Of a stretch of 64,000 nt of DNA, positions 40,331 to 49,687 are shown piece after piece. The notes beneath the pieces are model-generated. The model saw only the letters and a program-made list of their open reading frames with translations, ran no database searches and was not told the origin of the DNA. Positions within the stretch are counted from its first letter, which is position 1. Each line of letters begins with the position of its first letter. A program made the position numbers and the translations under genes. This DNA comes from an uncultured Acidimicrobiaceae bacterium. Its GTDB lineage: Bacteria; Actinomycetota; Acidimicrobiia; Spongiisociales; UBA5794. The stretch covers positions 31,763 through 95,762 of the forward strand of contig CAYLVM010000002.1 of the NCBI GenBank assembly GCA_964387145.1. Reading direction: 5' to 3'.

Positions 40331-41824
40331 TCATCTCGCTAGGCCCTCGCTGGTCACGTTCCAGGTGGTCGTGGTCGTCGCCGCGGCGAGCGCATCGTCG
40401 TGGGTGATGAGGAGGATCGCTCCTTCGAATGCGCTCAGCGCCGTCTCGAGGCGTTCGATCGACGGAAGGTCGAGATGGTTCGTTGGCTCGTCGAGGACCA
40501 GCAACCACTTGGGAGTCCCGAGGCCGAGTGCAAGGGCGATCTTGCGAGTCTCCCCGGGTGATGGCTGATCCGACGAAAGGAGAGCACCGGGGTCCGAACC
40601 GAGCGAGGCCACGATCGACATCATCCGTCCCCGATCCGCAGGCGGGAGTCCGGCAACCACCTTGAGCCAGACACGTCCTTGATCGGCAGTCGTTTCCTGC
40701 GGGAGGGAGAGGAGTCGATCGAAAGGTATAGCGGCAGCTGTGACCAGATGTTCGAGAAGCGTCGTCTTGCCGATTCCGTTCGGGCCGGCGATGCGGATTC
40801 GTTCGGACCTCCGGACGGCGACGTCGACATCGAACAGATGGCGGTCACCCGCATGGATCGGTCCCGAGCACCGGATGAGGAACTCCTTGTTCGCCCGAGC
40901 GAAGCCGAATCTGATGACTCCGCCAAGGTCCTTTTCGGCGCGAGCGGCGTCGATGACCGTTGCGAGCTTGCTCATCGAGTTCGAGATCGTCTCAACCGTC
41001 TGTGCCCCAGTCTTCTGACCCCGCTCGTGCTTGTAGGAGGCAGCGCTCCCTCTGGTGTCGAGATCGTGTTTACCTGCAGCTCGTCGCTCGCGGATGCGCT
41101 TGGCATCTTGCTGTTCACTCTTGCGGTGCTGCTCGTCGAGACGACGGGCGAGCTTCTTGCGCTCCGCCTTCGCCTTGTCGAGTCGCTCGGTCTCGAGCGC
41201 GGCCCTCGCCATCCACTCGCGGTGAGCCACGTCGTAGGACCCGTTCCACAACTCGATGAGGGAACCCGATATGCGCATCGTTCTCGATGTCAGACCGTTC
41301 AGTAGTGAGCGGTCGTGTGACACGACCACACCACAACCTCGGTAGGTGGTGAGCTCGGCGACAAGGAGATCCCGCGCTTGTGAGTCGAGGTGGTTGGTAG
41401 GTTCGTCCAGAAGGAGCACTTCTGGATCGCCAGCGAGGGATGCGCCGATCTGCCACCGTTTTCTCTCACCCGGAGACAGTGTCGTCCACCGTTCGAGATC
41501 GGCCGGCTCGAGGCGCAGGGAGGCTCTCAGGCGAACCGCGTCGCGGACCCACGCTGATGCGAATCGGGTGATCGCCTCGGTGAGGTCGTCGATACGCTGC
41601 GCACAGAGCACGGGGTCCAACCCCGAGGGCTCGATGGTCACCAACCCCGTATCGGGTGCGCGGACACGCGTGATGAGTGATAGGAGGGTGGACTTTCCTG
41701 CGCCGTTGGCGCCGACGAGTCCGGTCCAGCCGGGGCCGAGGTCGAAGGCCGCATCTTCGATGATCGGAACGGCGGATGAGTACGAGAAAGAAACGTGTGA
41801 GAAGTGAACGGCGGGCATGGGCAA
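40331..41824 (-). CDS. ABC-F family ATPase (tandem ABC domains, no TM)
   Basis: Two Walker A boxes (GANGAGKSTLL; GPNGIGKTTLL) and two signatures (LSPGERKRWQI; PSPGETRKIAL) with a charged linker. Confidence 0.8.
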   Translation of the reverse strand: MPMPAVHFSHVSFSYSSAVPIIEDAAFDLGPGWTGLVGANGAGKSTLLSLITRVRAPDTGLVTIEPSGLDPVLCAQRIDDLTEAITRFASAWVRDAVRLRASLRLEPADLERWTTLSPGERKRWQIGASLAGDPEVLLLDEPTNHLDSQARDLLVAELTTYRGCGVVVSHDRSLLNGLTSRTMRISGSLIELWNGSYDVAHREWMARAALETERLDKAKAERKKLARRLDEQHRKSEQQDAKRIRERRAAGKHDLDTRGSAASYKHERGQKTGAQTVETISNSMSKLATVIDAARAEKDLGGVIRFGFARANKEFLIRCSGPIHAGDRHLFDVDVAVRRSERIRIAGPNGIGKTTLLEHLVTAAAIPFDRLLSLPQETTADQGRVWLKVVAGLPPADRGRMMSIVASLGSDPGALLSSDQPSPGETRKIALALGLGTPKWLLVLDEPTNHLDLPSIERLETALSAFEGAILLITHDDALAAATTTTTWNVTSEGLAR

Positions 41825-41933
41825 CTCCCTGAGTAGGGCGGGCTCGGGGCCCGGAGGTGTTGGTTCCTCAGTTGATCCTTGTCATCACGTTCCGTTCGGC
41901 GATGTCCCAAGTGTACAACACGGTGTTGAGCGC

Positions 41934-41979
41934 GTCTGGCGCTGATACAACTCGTATACGAGCTGTATCAGCGCCAGAC
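41934..41979. repeat. REP-like palindromic element, copy 2 (perfect palindrome)
   Basis: GTCTGGCGCTGATACAACTCGTATACGAGCTGTATCAGCGCCAGAC. Confidence 0.85.
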
Positions 41980-41988
41980 ACCTGTAGA

Positions 41989-43071
41989 TCAGGTGGTGAG
42001 GTCTTCGCCGGCGATGAACGCCTCGACGTTGTCGTGGGCGACGCTGTCGTGGTACTGCACCGACGGGGACTTCATGAAGTACGACGACGGGGCGAGCAGC
42101 GGACCGGCCATGCCGCGGTCCAGTGCAAGCTTGGCGCAACGCACGGCATCGATGATGACACCTGCCGAGTTCGGTGAGTCCCAGACCTCGAGCTTCATCT
42201 CGACGTTGAGGGGAACATCACCGAACGACGTGCCCTCGAGGCGGATGTACGCCCACTTGCGGTCTGTGAGCCACGGAACGTGATCCGACGGGCCGATGTG
42301 GACGTTCTCCGAGTTGATCTTGTCCTCGATCTGGCTGGTAACCGACTGGGTCTTGGAGATCTTCTTGGATATGAGACGCTCACGCTCGAGCATGTTCATG
42401 AAATCCATGTTCCCACCGAAGTTCAGCTGGTAGGTGTTGTCGATATGGACACCGCGGTCCTCGAAGAGGCGAGCGAGTTGACGGTGGACGATCGTTGCGC
42501 CGACCTGGGACTTGATGTCGTCACCGATGATCGGTAGCCCGGCATCGACGAACTTCTGCGCCCACTCGGGGTCAGAAGCGATAAAGACGGGGATGGCGTT
42601 GACGAACGCGACCCCGGCGTCGAGTGCTGCCTGCGCGTAGAACTTCGTCGCTTGTTCGGATCCCACGGGGAGGTAGGAGACGAGGACGTCGGTCTCTGCA
42701 TCCTTGAGAACCTGAACGACGTCGACCGGCTCGGCCGGTGACTCCTCGACCTGGTCGACGTAGTACTTGCCGAGACCGTCGAGCGTTGGACCGCGGAGTA
42801 CCTCGACGCCGAGATCAGAGACCTCTGCAAACTGGATGGTGTTGTTCTGGCCACCCCACATCCCCTTTGCGATGTCCTGGCCGACCTTCGTTGCATCGAC
42901 GTCGAACGCCGCGACGAACTCGATGTCCCCGATGTGATATCCACCGAGGTCGACGTGCATCAGGCCTGGGATGTTGAGATCCTTGTCGGCGTCCTTGTAG
43001 TACTCGACTCCTTGGATGAGTGAGTTGGCGCAGTTACCGAGTCCTGCGATGGCGAGACGTACCTTGGACAT
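41989..43071 (-). CDS. ino1: Inositol-3-phosphate synthase
   Basis: 360 aa; actinobacterial Ino1-like sequence (Rossmann GLGNCANSL); adjacent PadR as in the mycobacterial Rv0046c/Rv0047c pair. Confidence 0.9.
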   Translation of the reverse strand: MSKVRLAIAGLGNCANSLIQGVEYYKDADKDLNIPGLMHVDLGGYHIGDIEFVAAFDVDATKVGQDIAKGMWGGQNNTIQFAEVSDLGVEVLRGPTLDGLGKYYVDQVEESPAEPVDVVQVLKDAETDVLVSYLPVGSEQATKFYAQAALDAGVAFVNAIPVFIASDPEWAQKFVDAGLPIIGDDIKSQVGATIVHRQLARLFEDRGVHIDNTYQLNFGGNMDFMNMLERERLISKKISKTQSVTSQIEDKINSENVHIGPSDHVPWLTDRKWAYIRLEGTSFGDVPLNVEMKLEVWDSPNSAGVIIDAVRCAKLALDRGMAGPLLAPSSYFMKSPSVQYHDSVAHDNVEAFIAGEDLTT

Positions 43072-43088
43072 ATGTCCTCCTGTGGTTC

Positions 43089-43607
43089 CTAGTTCTGTGA
43101 GGCAACGCCACGTTCGGCTGCGACGAGACCGTCGAGCCAGGCGATGTCCGATTCTGCGGTCGCCATGGCGTGCTCCATCAGCGCGAGCCGGTAGCGGTCC
43201 TGGTTCTCTGTGTTCGAGCGGGCGTCGATGAGGATCTCGCGGGACGCCTTGAGATGGTGTGAGAGTGTTGCCCTGCGGTTCTCGAGGACCTGCACTCGCC
43301 GGTTCGTGGGAAGGTGGCCGAGGAAGGCGAGCCGGATCTGGAACGCCCGGTCGGTCTCGCTTGCGTCGGGATCGGCTTTGAGGAGCGTGTCGAATATCTC
43401 GCGGCCTTCATCGGTGACCTGGTACGCCTTGCGACGGCCGGTACCGCTCACAGCAGAGATCGCCCCGCGCTTTTCGAGGCGGCGCAACGCCGGGTACAGC
43501 GACCCGAACGACACCTTCCAGAACCCGAGTTCACCCAGGGCGCGCTTGAGCTCGTACCCGTGGCGGGCACGCTCCATCAAGAGACCGAGAACGGCGAAGT
43601 CCAACAT
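43089..43607 (-). CDS. PadR family transcriptional regulator
   Basis: 172 aa; winged HTH ([33 protein letters not shown]). Confidence 0.8.
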   Translation of the reverse strand: MLDFAVLGLLMERARHGYELKRALGELGFWKVSFGSLYPALRRLEKRGAISAVSGTGRRKAYQVTDEGREIFDTLLKADPDASETDRAFQIRLAFLGHLPTNRRVQVLENRRATLSHHLKASREILIDARSNTENQDRYRLALMEHAMATAESDIAWLDGLVAAERGVASQN

Positions 43608-43617
43608 CGTGGAGCCA

Positions 43618-43658
43618 GTCTATATCGATTCGATACATACGTCTATATCGAACCGATA
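43618..43658. promoter_or_regulatory. Candidate PadR operator: two 18-bp direct repeats, each an internal palindrome
   Basis: GTCTATATCGATTCGATA cataC GTCTATATCGAACCGATA, AT-rich, immediately upstream of the padR start. Confidence 0.45.
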
Positions 43659-43806
43659 TACGACTTTCGCGTTCTCGTCGAGTCTTGCCGAGCGTCATCG
43701 AGGGTCCAGTCGGTCCACCGAGGCCATGAGTAGCGCACAGACCTGGCGTGATGACGCACAGAAGAGGTGAAGTGACATGCTGTGTTCGAGCAGGACGTAC
43801 CTGCTG

Positions 43807-43837
43807 CCAAGTACCAGGTACCGAGTACCAGGTACCG
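43807..43837. repeat. CCRRGTA heptamer array (copy C)
   Basis: CCAAGTACCAGGTACCGAGTACCAGGTACCG. Confidence 0.5.
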
Positions 43838-43859
43838 CTCAGCCCCCAGGGCGGAGCGG

Positions 43860-45548
43860 CTAACTCAGCCCAACAACGTTGCCATCTGCGTCGATGTCGA
43901 TCGAGTGGGCTGCAGGATGGAGGCCGAGCCCGGGCATGCGGTTGATCGAGCCCGTCAACGGAAGGACGAACCCGGCGCCGGCAACGAGCTGCACCTCACG
44001 CACCGGAAGCGTCCACCCCGTCGGGGCACCGAGCAACGCAGGGTTGTGACTGAAGGAGTACTGCGTCTTGGCCATACAGATCGGGAGATTGCCGTATCCG
44101 TGCGCCTCGTAGTCGGCGAGCTGACGTTTCGCCTTGATGTCGTACTCGACGCCATCTGCACCGTAGACCTTCGTGGCGATCGTCTCGATCTTTTCGGTGA
44201 GCGTCATGTCGGGCGTATAGAGGGGCGCAAAGTTCGATCCGTGCTCGGCAGCCTCTCGTACGGCCTCTGCAAGGGCAACCATGCCCTCTGCACCCCTGCT
44301 GAAGGGCTCGGCGATAGCCCACGCAGCGCCCTCCTCCTCGGCGATGGCACCGATCGCTGCATGCTCGGATGCGTGATCGGTCGGGAAGCTGTTGACGGCG
44401 ATGACCGGGATCACCCCGTGCTGGCGAATGTTGGCGATGTGCCTTCGCAGGTTCGCTGCTCCCGCCATGACGTCTTCGGGACTTTCGGCGACCATCTCTT
44501 CGGGAAGCGGCTTGCCTGCTTTGACCTGGAACTTCCCCGAGTTCAGCTTCAATGCGCGAACGGTTGCAACGATGACCGCGACATCGGGTGACATGCCCGA
44601 CGCTGCACACTTGAGATTGAAGAACTTCTCAGCACCGACATCGGACCCGAAGCCGGCCTCGGTGATGAGGTAGCTGCCGCTGCGGATTCCGACCTGGTCC
44701 GCAACGATGGACGAGTTTCCGTGCGCGATGTTGGCGAACGGTCCGGTGTGGACGAGCGCTGGTGTTCCCTCGAGGGTCTGCATGAGGTTCGGGTTGAGCG
44801 CATCCTTGAGAAGCACCGTCATCGCCCCTGCGCCCTTGATCTGCTCAGCGGTGACCGGGTTCTTGTGCCGGTCGTAGCCGATGACGATCCGACCCAGACG
44901 CTCGCGGAGATCCTGCAGGCTCGTTGCGAGACCGAGGACGGCCATCAGCTCAGAAGCTGCCGTGATATCGAAACCGCCCTCACGGGGGATGCCGTCGAGT
45001 GTCGTTCCGAGGCCGACCACGATGTTGCGCAGTGCCCGGTCGTTGACATCCATGACACGACGCCACGAAACGCGCTTGATGTTGATCGACAGCTGGTTGC
45101 CCTGGTAGATGTGGTTGTCGATCAGAGCGGCGAGGAGGTTGTTGGCTGCAGTCACAGCGTGGAAGTCACCGGTGAGGTGGAGGTTGAGTTCCTCCATCGG
45201 GACGAGCTGGGAGTATCCGCCGCCGGCGGCGCCACCCTTGATCCCGAACGTCGGGCCGAGGGAAGGCTGACGCAAGGTCAGGATCGCCTGCTCGTCGAGC
45301 AGCTTGAAGCCCTGGGCGAGGCCGACCGACACCGTGGTCTTACCTTCACCGAACGGCGTTGGATTCACCGCGGTCACCAGCACGTACTTGGCGCGAGGCT
45401 CCCCCATGTGCTCAAGAGCTTCGAGCTTGATCTTCGCGAGTCCGTGGCCACGTTGTTCGACGAACTCATCCGGAATGCCCATGTCCTCGGCAATGTCATG
45501 GATCGGGCGAAGTTCTACTGATCTGGCGATTTCTAGGTCGGTACGCAT
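43860..45548 (-). CDS. fhs: Formate--tetrahydrofolate ligase
   Basis: 562 aa; FTHFS family sequence (TPFGEGKTT). Confidence 0.95.
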   Translation of the reverse strand: MRTDLEIARSVELRPIHDIAEDMGIPDEFVEQRGHGLAKIKLEALEHMGEPRAKYVLVTAVNPTPFGEGKTTVSVGLAQGFKLLDEQAILTLRQPSLGPTFGIKGGAAGGGYSQLVPMEELNLHLTGDFHAVTAANNLLAALIDNHIYQGNQLSINIKRVSWRRVMDVNDRALRNIVVGLGTTLDGIPREGGFDITAASELMAVLGLATSLQDLRERLGRIVIGYDRHKNPVTAEQIKGAGAMTVLLKDALNPNLMQTLEGTPALVHTGPFANIAHGNSSIVADQVGIRSGSYLITEAGFGSDVGAEKFFNLKCAASGMSPDVAVIVATVRALKLNSGKFQVKAGKPLPEEMVAESPEDVMAGAANLRRHIANIRQHGVIPVIAVNSFPTDHASEHAAIGAIAEEEGAAWAIAEPFSRGAEGMVALAEAVREAAEHGSNFAPLYTPDMTLTEKIETIATKVYGADGVEYDIKAKRQLADYEAHGYGNLPICMAKTQYSFSHNPALLGAPTGWTLPVREVQLVAGAGFVLPLTGSINRMPGLGLHPAAHSIDIDADGNVVGLS

Positions 45549-45631
45549 GACGTCAACGGTAACGCTTCCCGATACCGTAGAACCCGTCGAGCGACGCCGC
45601 GTTTGCGTCGGGATGAAGCGACAATGGGGTC

Positions 45632-46213
45632 ATGATCTCTCACACACTCGGTGTCGTACTAGCCGGTGGCAAGAGCCGTCGCATGGGAATCGACAAGGCT
45701 TCGATCGAGGTAGGTGGAACGTCGATGCTCGCGCTGGCCGTTGCAACCCTGTCGGGCCTGTTCGACGATGTCGTCGTCGCCGGGGGATCGGAGACTCCCC
45801 CGGGTTGTGTGCTGTTGGCCGACACACTCCCTGGAGCCGGTCCTCTTGCGGGCCTCGACGCTGCGTACGGCATTGCCCGAGACAGGGCCGTGTTCCTCAT
45901 GGCCCTCGACATGCCGTTCGTCGACGATGCGACCGTGCGCTCCATCGTCGAACCCACCGTTGATGCAATGGCCGCAAGAGTGCCTATCAGCGGGAACCGG
46001 CGCCATCCGCTGTGTGCCGTCTACGGAGCGAATCTCGGCCCACTCGTGACCGAGCGCCTTGTGAGGGAGGACCGCTCGATGGCGGCATTCATCGCCGGTA
46101 TCGACGGGGTCGAGTACATCAGGGTCGAGGAGCGACCCATGGTGAACGTGAACACCATCGAGGATCTCGAGGTAGCGCTCAGAGAATCCGGTCCGCCCCG
46201 CAGTACACGTTGA
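45632..46213 (+). CDS. mobA: Molybdenum cofactor guanylyltransferase
   Basis: 193 aa; GVVLAGGKSRRMG motif. Confidence 0.8.
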   Translation: MISHTLGVVLAGGKSRRMGIDKASIEVGGTSMLALAVATLSGLFDDVVVAGGSETPPGCVLLADTLPGAGPLAGLDAAYGIARDRAVFLMALDMPFVDDATVRSIVEPTVDAMAARVPISGNRRHPLCAVYGANLGPLVTERLVREDRSMAAFIAGIDGVEYIRVEERPMVNVNTIEDLEVALRESGPPRSTR

Positions 46214-47000
46214 AGCCACCATCGCGAACGAAACCGAGGACCGTCATGTTCAGTTCCTCGCCGAGGTCGACTGCCAGGTCGGATGCTCCCGACACCCCGC
46301 CGATCACCGGGATCCCTGCAACCGCTGCCTTCTGAACGATCTCGAAGCTGATCCGTCCCGACACGAAGAGGATGACGTGGTTGAGTGGCCACCGTGTCGT
46401 TGCCAGATGGCCGATGAGTTTGTCGACGGCGTTGTGTCTCCCGATGTCCTCGAATACGGCGATGAGCTCACCCGATGGTGAGAAAGCGGCGGCGGCGTGG
46501 ATGCTCCCCGTCGTATCGAAGGTCCGTTGCCGTTCTCGCATGGCACCGGACAGCGTCGAGATGGTCCCTGCGGGGATCATGGGCCCCGGTGCCATCGAAC
46601 GCGCCGCTACCCGCACTGCATCGATCGATGCCTTGCCACACACGCCGCACGACGACGACGTGAAGAAGTTCCTCCGGAACTGCTCGGGGTCGACCGTAAC
46701 TCCCTCGGCGAGCACCATGCGGTAGCGATCACCCTCAGCGGTTCCCTCGACTCGCTTGATCGAATCGACTTCGTGTGGGCCGAGAACGATCCCCTCGGTC
46801 AATGCGAATCCGAGACCGAGAACCTCGTCGTCACCCGGGGTGCGCATCAGCACTGCGATCGGGACGTCATGCAAACGGAACTCGACAGGCGATTCAGAGA
46901 CGAGGTGGTCCGCGGCACTTGTCGCTACACCATCGTGGTATCGAACGATCGGTCTACTCATGGGGTGATGTTCCGCTTGCTGCGACGCGGGAGCACGCAC
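46179..47000 (-). CDS. fdhD: Formate dehydrogenase accessory sulfurtransferase FdhD
   Basis: 273 aa; FdhD family sequence with the conserved SSCGVCG motif. Confidence 0.85.
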   Translation of the reverse strand: MRAPASQQAEHHPMSRPIVRYHDGVATSAADHLVSESPVEFRLHDVPIAVLMRTPGDDEVLGLGFALTEGIVLGPHEVDSIKRVEGTAEGDRYRMVLAEGVTVDPEQFRRNFFTSSSCGVCGKASIDAVRVAARSMAPGPMIPAGTISTLSGAMRERQRTFDTTGSIHAAAAFSPSGELIAVFEDIGRHNAVDKLIGHLATTRWPLNHVILFVSGRISFEIVQKAAVAGIPVIGGVSGASDLAVDLGEELNMTVLGFVRDGGFNVYCGADRIL

Positions 47001-47020
47001 TACGTCGTACGTACTTCGTT

Positions 47021-47884
47021 CTACGCATCTTCACTCTGGACATAGGCGTAGCCGAAGCGGCCTTTGATGCAGAGGTGGCCACTGGTGACGTCGTGGTCGA
47101 GTGGCGACGTGACCTTGACGATGCGGTTGTCCTGGACATGCAGGTCGAGGTTGCAGCCGACACCGCAGTAGCTACACACCGTCCTTGCGACGTGTTGTGC
47201 AGACTCATCCCACGTCCCTGCCTCGCGCATGCGGTACTCGGAGGTGAACATGAGCGCACCCGTGGGACAGACGCCGACGCAGTTTCCGCAGTACACGCAC
47301 GCCGATTCGGGCAGCGTGATGTCGAACTCGGTGGTGATGGTCGCAGCGAGTCCTCGGCCCCCAACATCGATGGCGAAGGTGTTCTGTGCATCGGGACCAC
47401 ACGCCGCGACGCAGCGGAAGCACATGATGCACTTGTCGTAGTCCCGTATGTAGAGGTCGTCCTCGATCTTGACCTCGCGTCTCGGGCGGGCCCACGAACC
47501 CCACCGATCGGGGTCGACGCCATACCGTTCCATGAACCCTTTCGTCGTGTCCTCGACGAGGGACATGTCGACGGTCGATGCGAGCAGTTCGTAGACCGTC
47601 TTGCGGACGGCCTTCACTCTCGAGGATTCGGTCACAACTGCCATGCCGGGGGTGATCTCCCGGGAGCACGCAGGCACGAGGTTGCGCGAGCCTTCGACCT
47701 CAACGACACAGACACGGCACGAGTTGAACGGTGCAAGTGTCTCGATATAGCACAGGGTCGGCACGGTGACATCGATCGAAGCGCACGCCTCGAGGATCGT
47801 CGTCCCGGTAGATGCCGTGATCTGGCGACCGTCGATCGTGATCTCGATGAGCGATTCGGTGGCCTGGGTGGTCACGACGACCCC
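47021..47884 (-). CDS. Formate dehydrogenase Fe-S subunit: 2Fe-2S ferredoxin plus 2x[4Fe-4S] plus Mo-domain 4Fe-4S motif (NuoG N-terminal-like), without a molybdopterin domain
   Basis: C-terminus ends in CSYCGVGCNLDLHV...GHLCIKGRFGYAY, the N-terminal cluster motif of molybdopterin oxidoreductases; start placed at the VVVTTQATESLIEITIDGRQI GTG overlapping the upstream gene. Confidence 0.7.
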   Translation of the reverse strand, partial: GVVVTTQATESLIEITIDGRQITASTGTTILEACASIDVTVPTLCYIETLAPFNSCRVCVVEVEGSRNLVPACSREITPGMAVVTESSRVKAVRKTVYELLASTVDMSLVEDTTKGFMERYGVDPDRWGSWARPRREVKIEDDLYIRDYDKCIMCFRCVAACGPDAQNTFAIDVGGRGLAATITTEFDITLPESACVYCGNCVGVCPTGALMFTSEYRMREAGTWDESAQHVARTVCSYCGVGCNLDLHVQDNRIVKVTSPLDHDVTSGHLCIKGRFGYAYVQSEDA

Positions 47885-49680
47885 CCGATGATGCCGATCG
47901 CAAGCGCAGACTGCACAGCGGCGGACGCTGCCTGTCCGAGGCCACAGATCGAAGCGTCCCGCAGGACATGGTCGAGATCGCTGAGCAGTGTCAGCTCCGT
48001 ATCTACGTCCGTCGATCCCGTCCTGATCCGCAGAAGCGTCTCTTCCTGGCGGACCGTCCCTGCTCGGCACGGCACACAGACGCCACAGGACTCCTCGGCG
48101 AAGAAATGGGCGATCCGCGACACGATGTCGGGAAGGTCGGTATCGGTGTTGAAGACCAGTACGACACCCGAGCCGAGTCCGATGCCGTGTTCCCGGGTGT
48201 CCTCGAACGTCAGTGGCAGATCGAAGTCGGCCTCGGTGATGAACGCACCGGCTGCGCCCCCGATGAGGACGGCAGCCACCTCCCCGTCGACTCCCCCTGC
48301 GAGTTCGATCAACTCACCGGTGGTCGCCCCGAACGGCACCTCGTAGACCCCGGGGTCCTTGACGTTGCCTGATACACAGAACAGCTTTGGACCCTTGGAG
48401 TCCTCGGTTCCGATGGCGGAGAACGCTTCGCCACCGTCGAGAACGATGGTGGGGACGTTCATGAGCGACTCGACGTTGTTGACGAGTGTCGGGCACCCGA
48501 AGACACCTGCCTGGGTGGGGAAGGGTGGCTTCTGGCGTGGCTCGCCTCTGAAGCCTTCGATCGAGTTGAACAGGGCGGTCTCCTCGCCACAGATGTAGGC
48601 ACCCGCTCCCTTGCGGAGTTCGATGTCGAACGTGAACCCGCTTCCGGCGACGTCCTCGCCGAGGTACCCGGCTGCGCGAGCCTCATCGATCGCCTCGGCC
48701 AGGCGCGCATGTGCGATCGGATACTCGCCGCGGATGTAGATGTAGCCGCGACGTGCGCCGACGGCATACCCGGCGATCGTCAACGCCTCGATGAGACCGA
48801 ACGGATCCGTCTCCATCAGGACCCGGTCCTTGAAGGTGCCTGGCTCGCTCTCGTCGGCGTTGCAGATGACGAACTTGTCGCCTTCCTCTCCTGCGACCGC
48901 ATTCCACTTGATTCCTGCGGGGAACGCTGCACCGCCACGTCCGCGCAGACCACTCGTGGTGATCTCAGAGAGGATCTGCTCGGGGCCGATGGCGATCGAA
49001 TGAGAAAGGGCCGCGTATCCACCGTTCTTCTCGAAGGCTTCGAGAGACGTGGCCTGTCGGGACAGGAGTGTGGTGCCGGGGGTCGGGTCCGTCGGCTCAA
49101 CTATGGATGTGGGCTCGTCGATGGAGAGGATCTCGATGACCTGATCCACCGTGACGGGTGCGATGACGACATCGTCGCCGCCGGCAACCTGAACGAACGC
49201 TGCCGAGCCCTTCTCGCACTGCCCGAGACACGGTGAGTGTCTCCACATGCCTTCGTCGATCGTCTGTCCCGCGTCGCCGAAGCGTTGGGTGAGGTCAGCG
49301 AGGAGACCGTCGACACCTGTTGCCTTGCATGCAATGTCGTCGCACAGGTGGGCGACCCGCCTGGGTCGTTCATCGGTCGCGATGAGGTCGTAGAACGTCG
49401 CAACGCCGTACGCCTCTGCCGGGGATACGGGGATACGCTCGGAGATGTAGTTGAGGGCGCCGTGGCTGACCCACCCGACGTCACCCTGAACACCGTGGAG
49501 AGCAGGCAGGAGGAGGTGCCGGCGATCCTGGGATGCGCGGAACCCGCCATAGGCGACGTGATCGTCGACAGCGGATCGTTCCTCGGCTCCAGCCCACACC
49601 GAGTCTGGCTCACCGAGTACACGATCGACTGCCGCTCGTTCTTCGGCGGTTGGTGCATCGGGGGTGGTTCTGTAGTCCAT
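47872..49680 (-). CDS. NAD-dependent formate dehydrogenase diaphorase subunit, fused NuoE-like (2Fe-2S) plus NuoF-like (FMN/NADH/4Fe-4S)
   Basis: 602 aa; NuoE thioredoxin-like Cys pattern, then NuoF motifs (GRGGAAFPAG, ESCGVCVPCR). Confidence 0.85.
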   Translation of the reverse strand: MDYRTTPDAPTAEERAAVDRVLGEPDSVWAGAEERSAVDDHVAYGGFRASQDRRHLLLPALHGVQGDVGWVSHGALNYISERIPVSPAEAYGVATFYDLIATDERPRRVAHLCDDIACKATGVDGLLADLTQRFGDAGQTIDEGMWRHSPCLGQCEKGSAAFVQVAGGDDVVIAPVTVDQVIEILSIDEPTSIVEPTDPTPGTTLLSRQATSLEAFEKNGGYAALSHSIAIGPEQILSEITTSGLRGRGGAAFPAGIKWNAVAGEEGDKFVICNADESEPGTFKDRVLMETDPFGLIEALTIAGYAVGARRGYIYIRGEYPIAHARLAEAIDEARAAGYLGEDVAGSGFTFDIELRKGAGAYICGEETALFNSIEGFRGEPRQKPPFPTQAGVFGCPTLVNNVESLMNVPTIVLDGGEAFSAIGTEDSKGPKLFCVSGNVKDPGVYEVPFGATTGELIELAGGVDGEVAAVLIGGAAGAFITEADFDLPLTFEDTREHGIGLGSGVVLVFNTDTDLPDIVSRIAHFFAEESCGVCVPCRAGTVRQEETLLRIRTGSTDVDTELTLLSDLDHVLRDASICGLGQAASAAVQSALAIGIIGGSS

Positions 49681-49687
49681 GGTCGCC

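Noticed and set aside
46775-48346. 523-aa plus-strand ORF
   Set aside because: Antisense to the FDH Fe-S and diaphorase genes; low-complexity Arg/Ala-rich translation.
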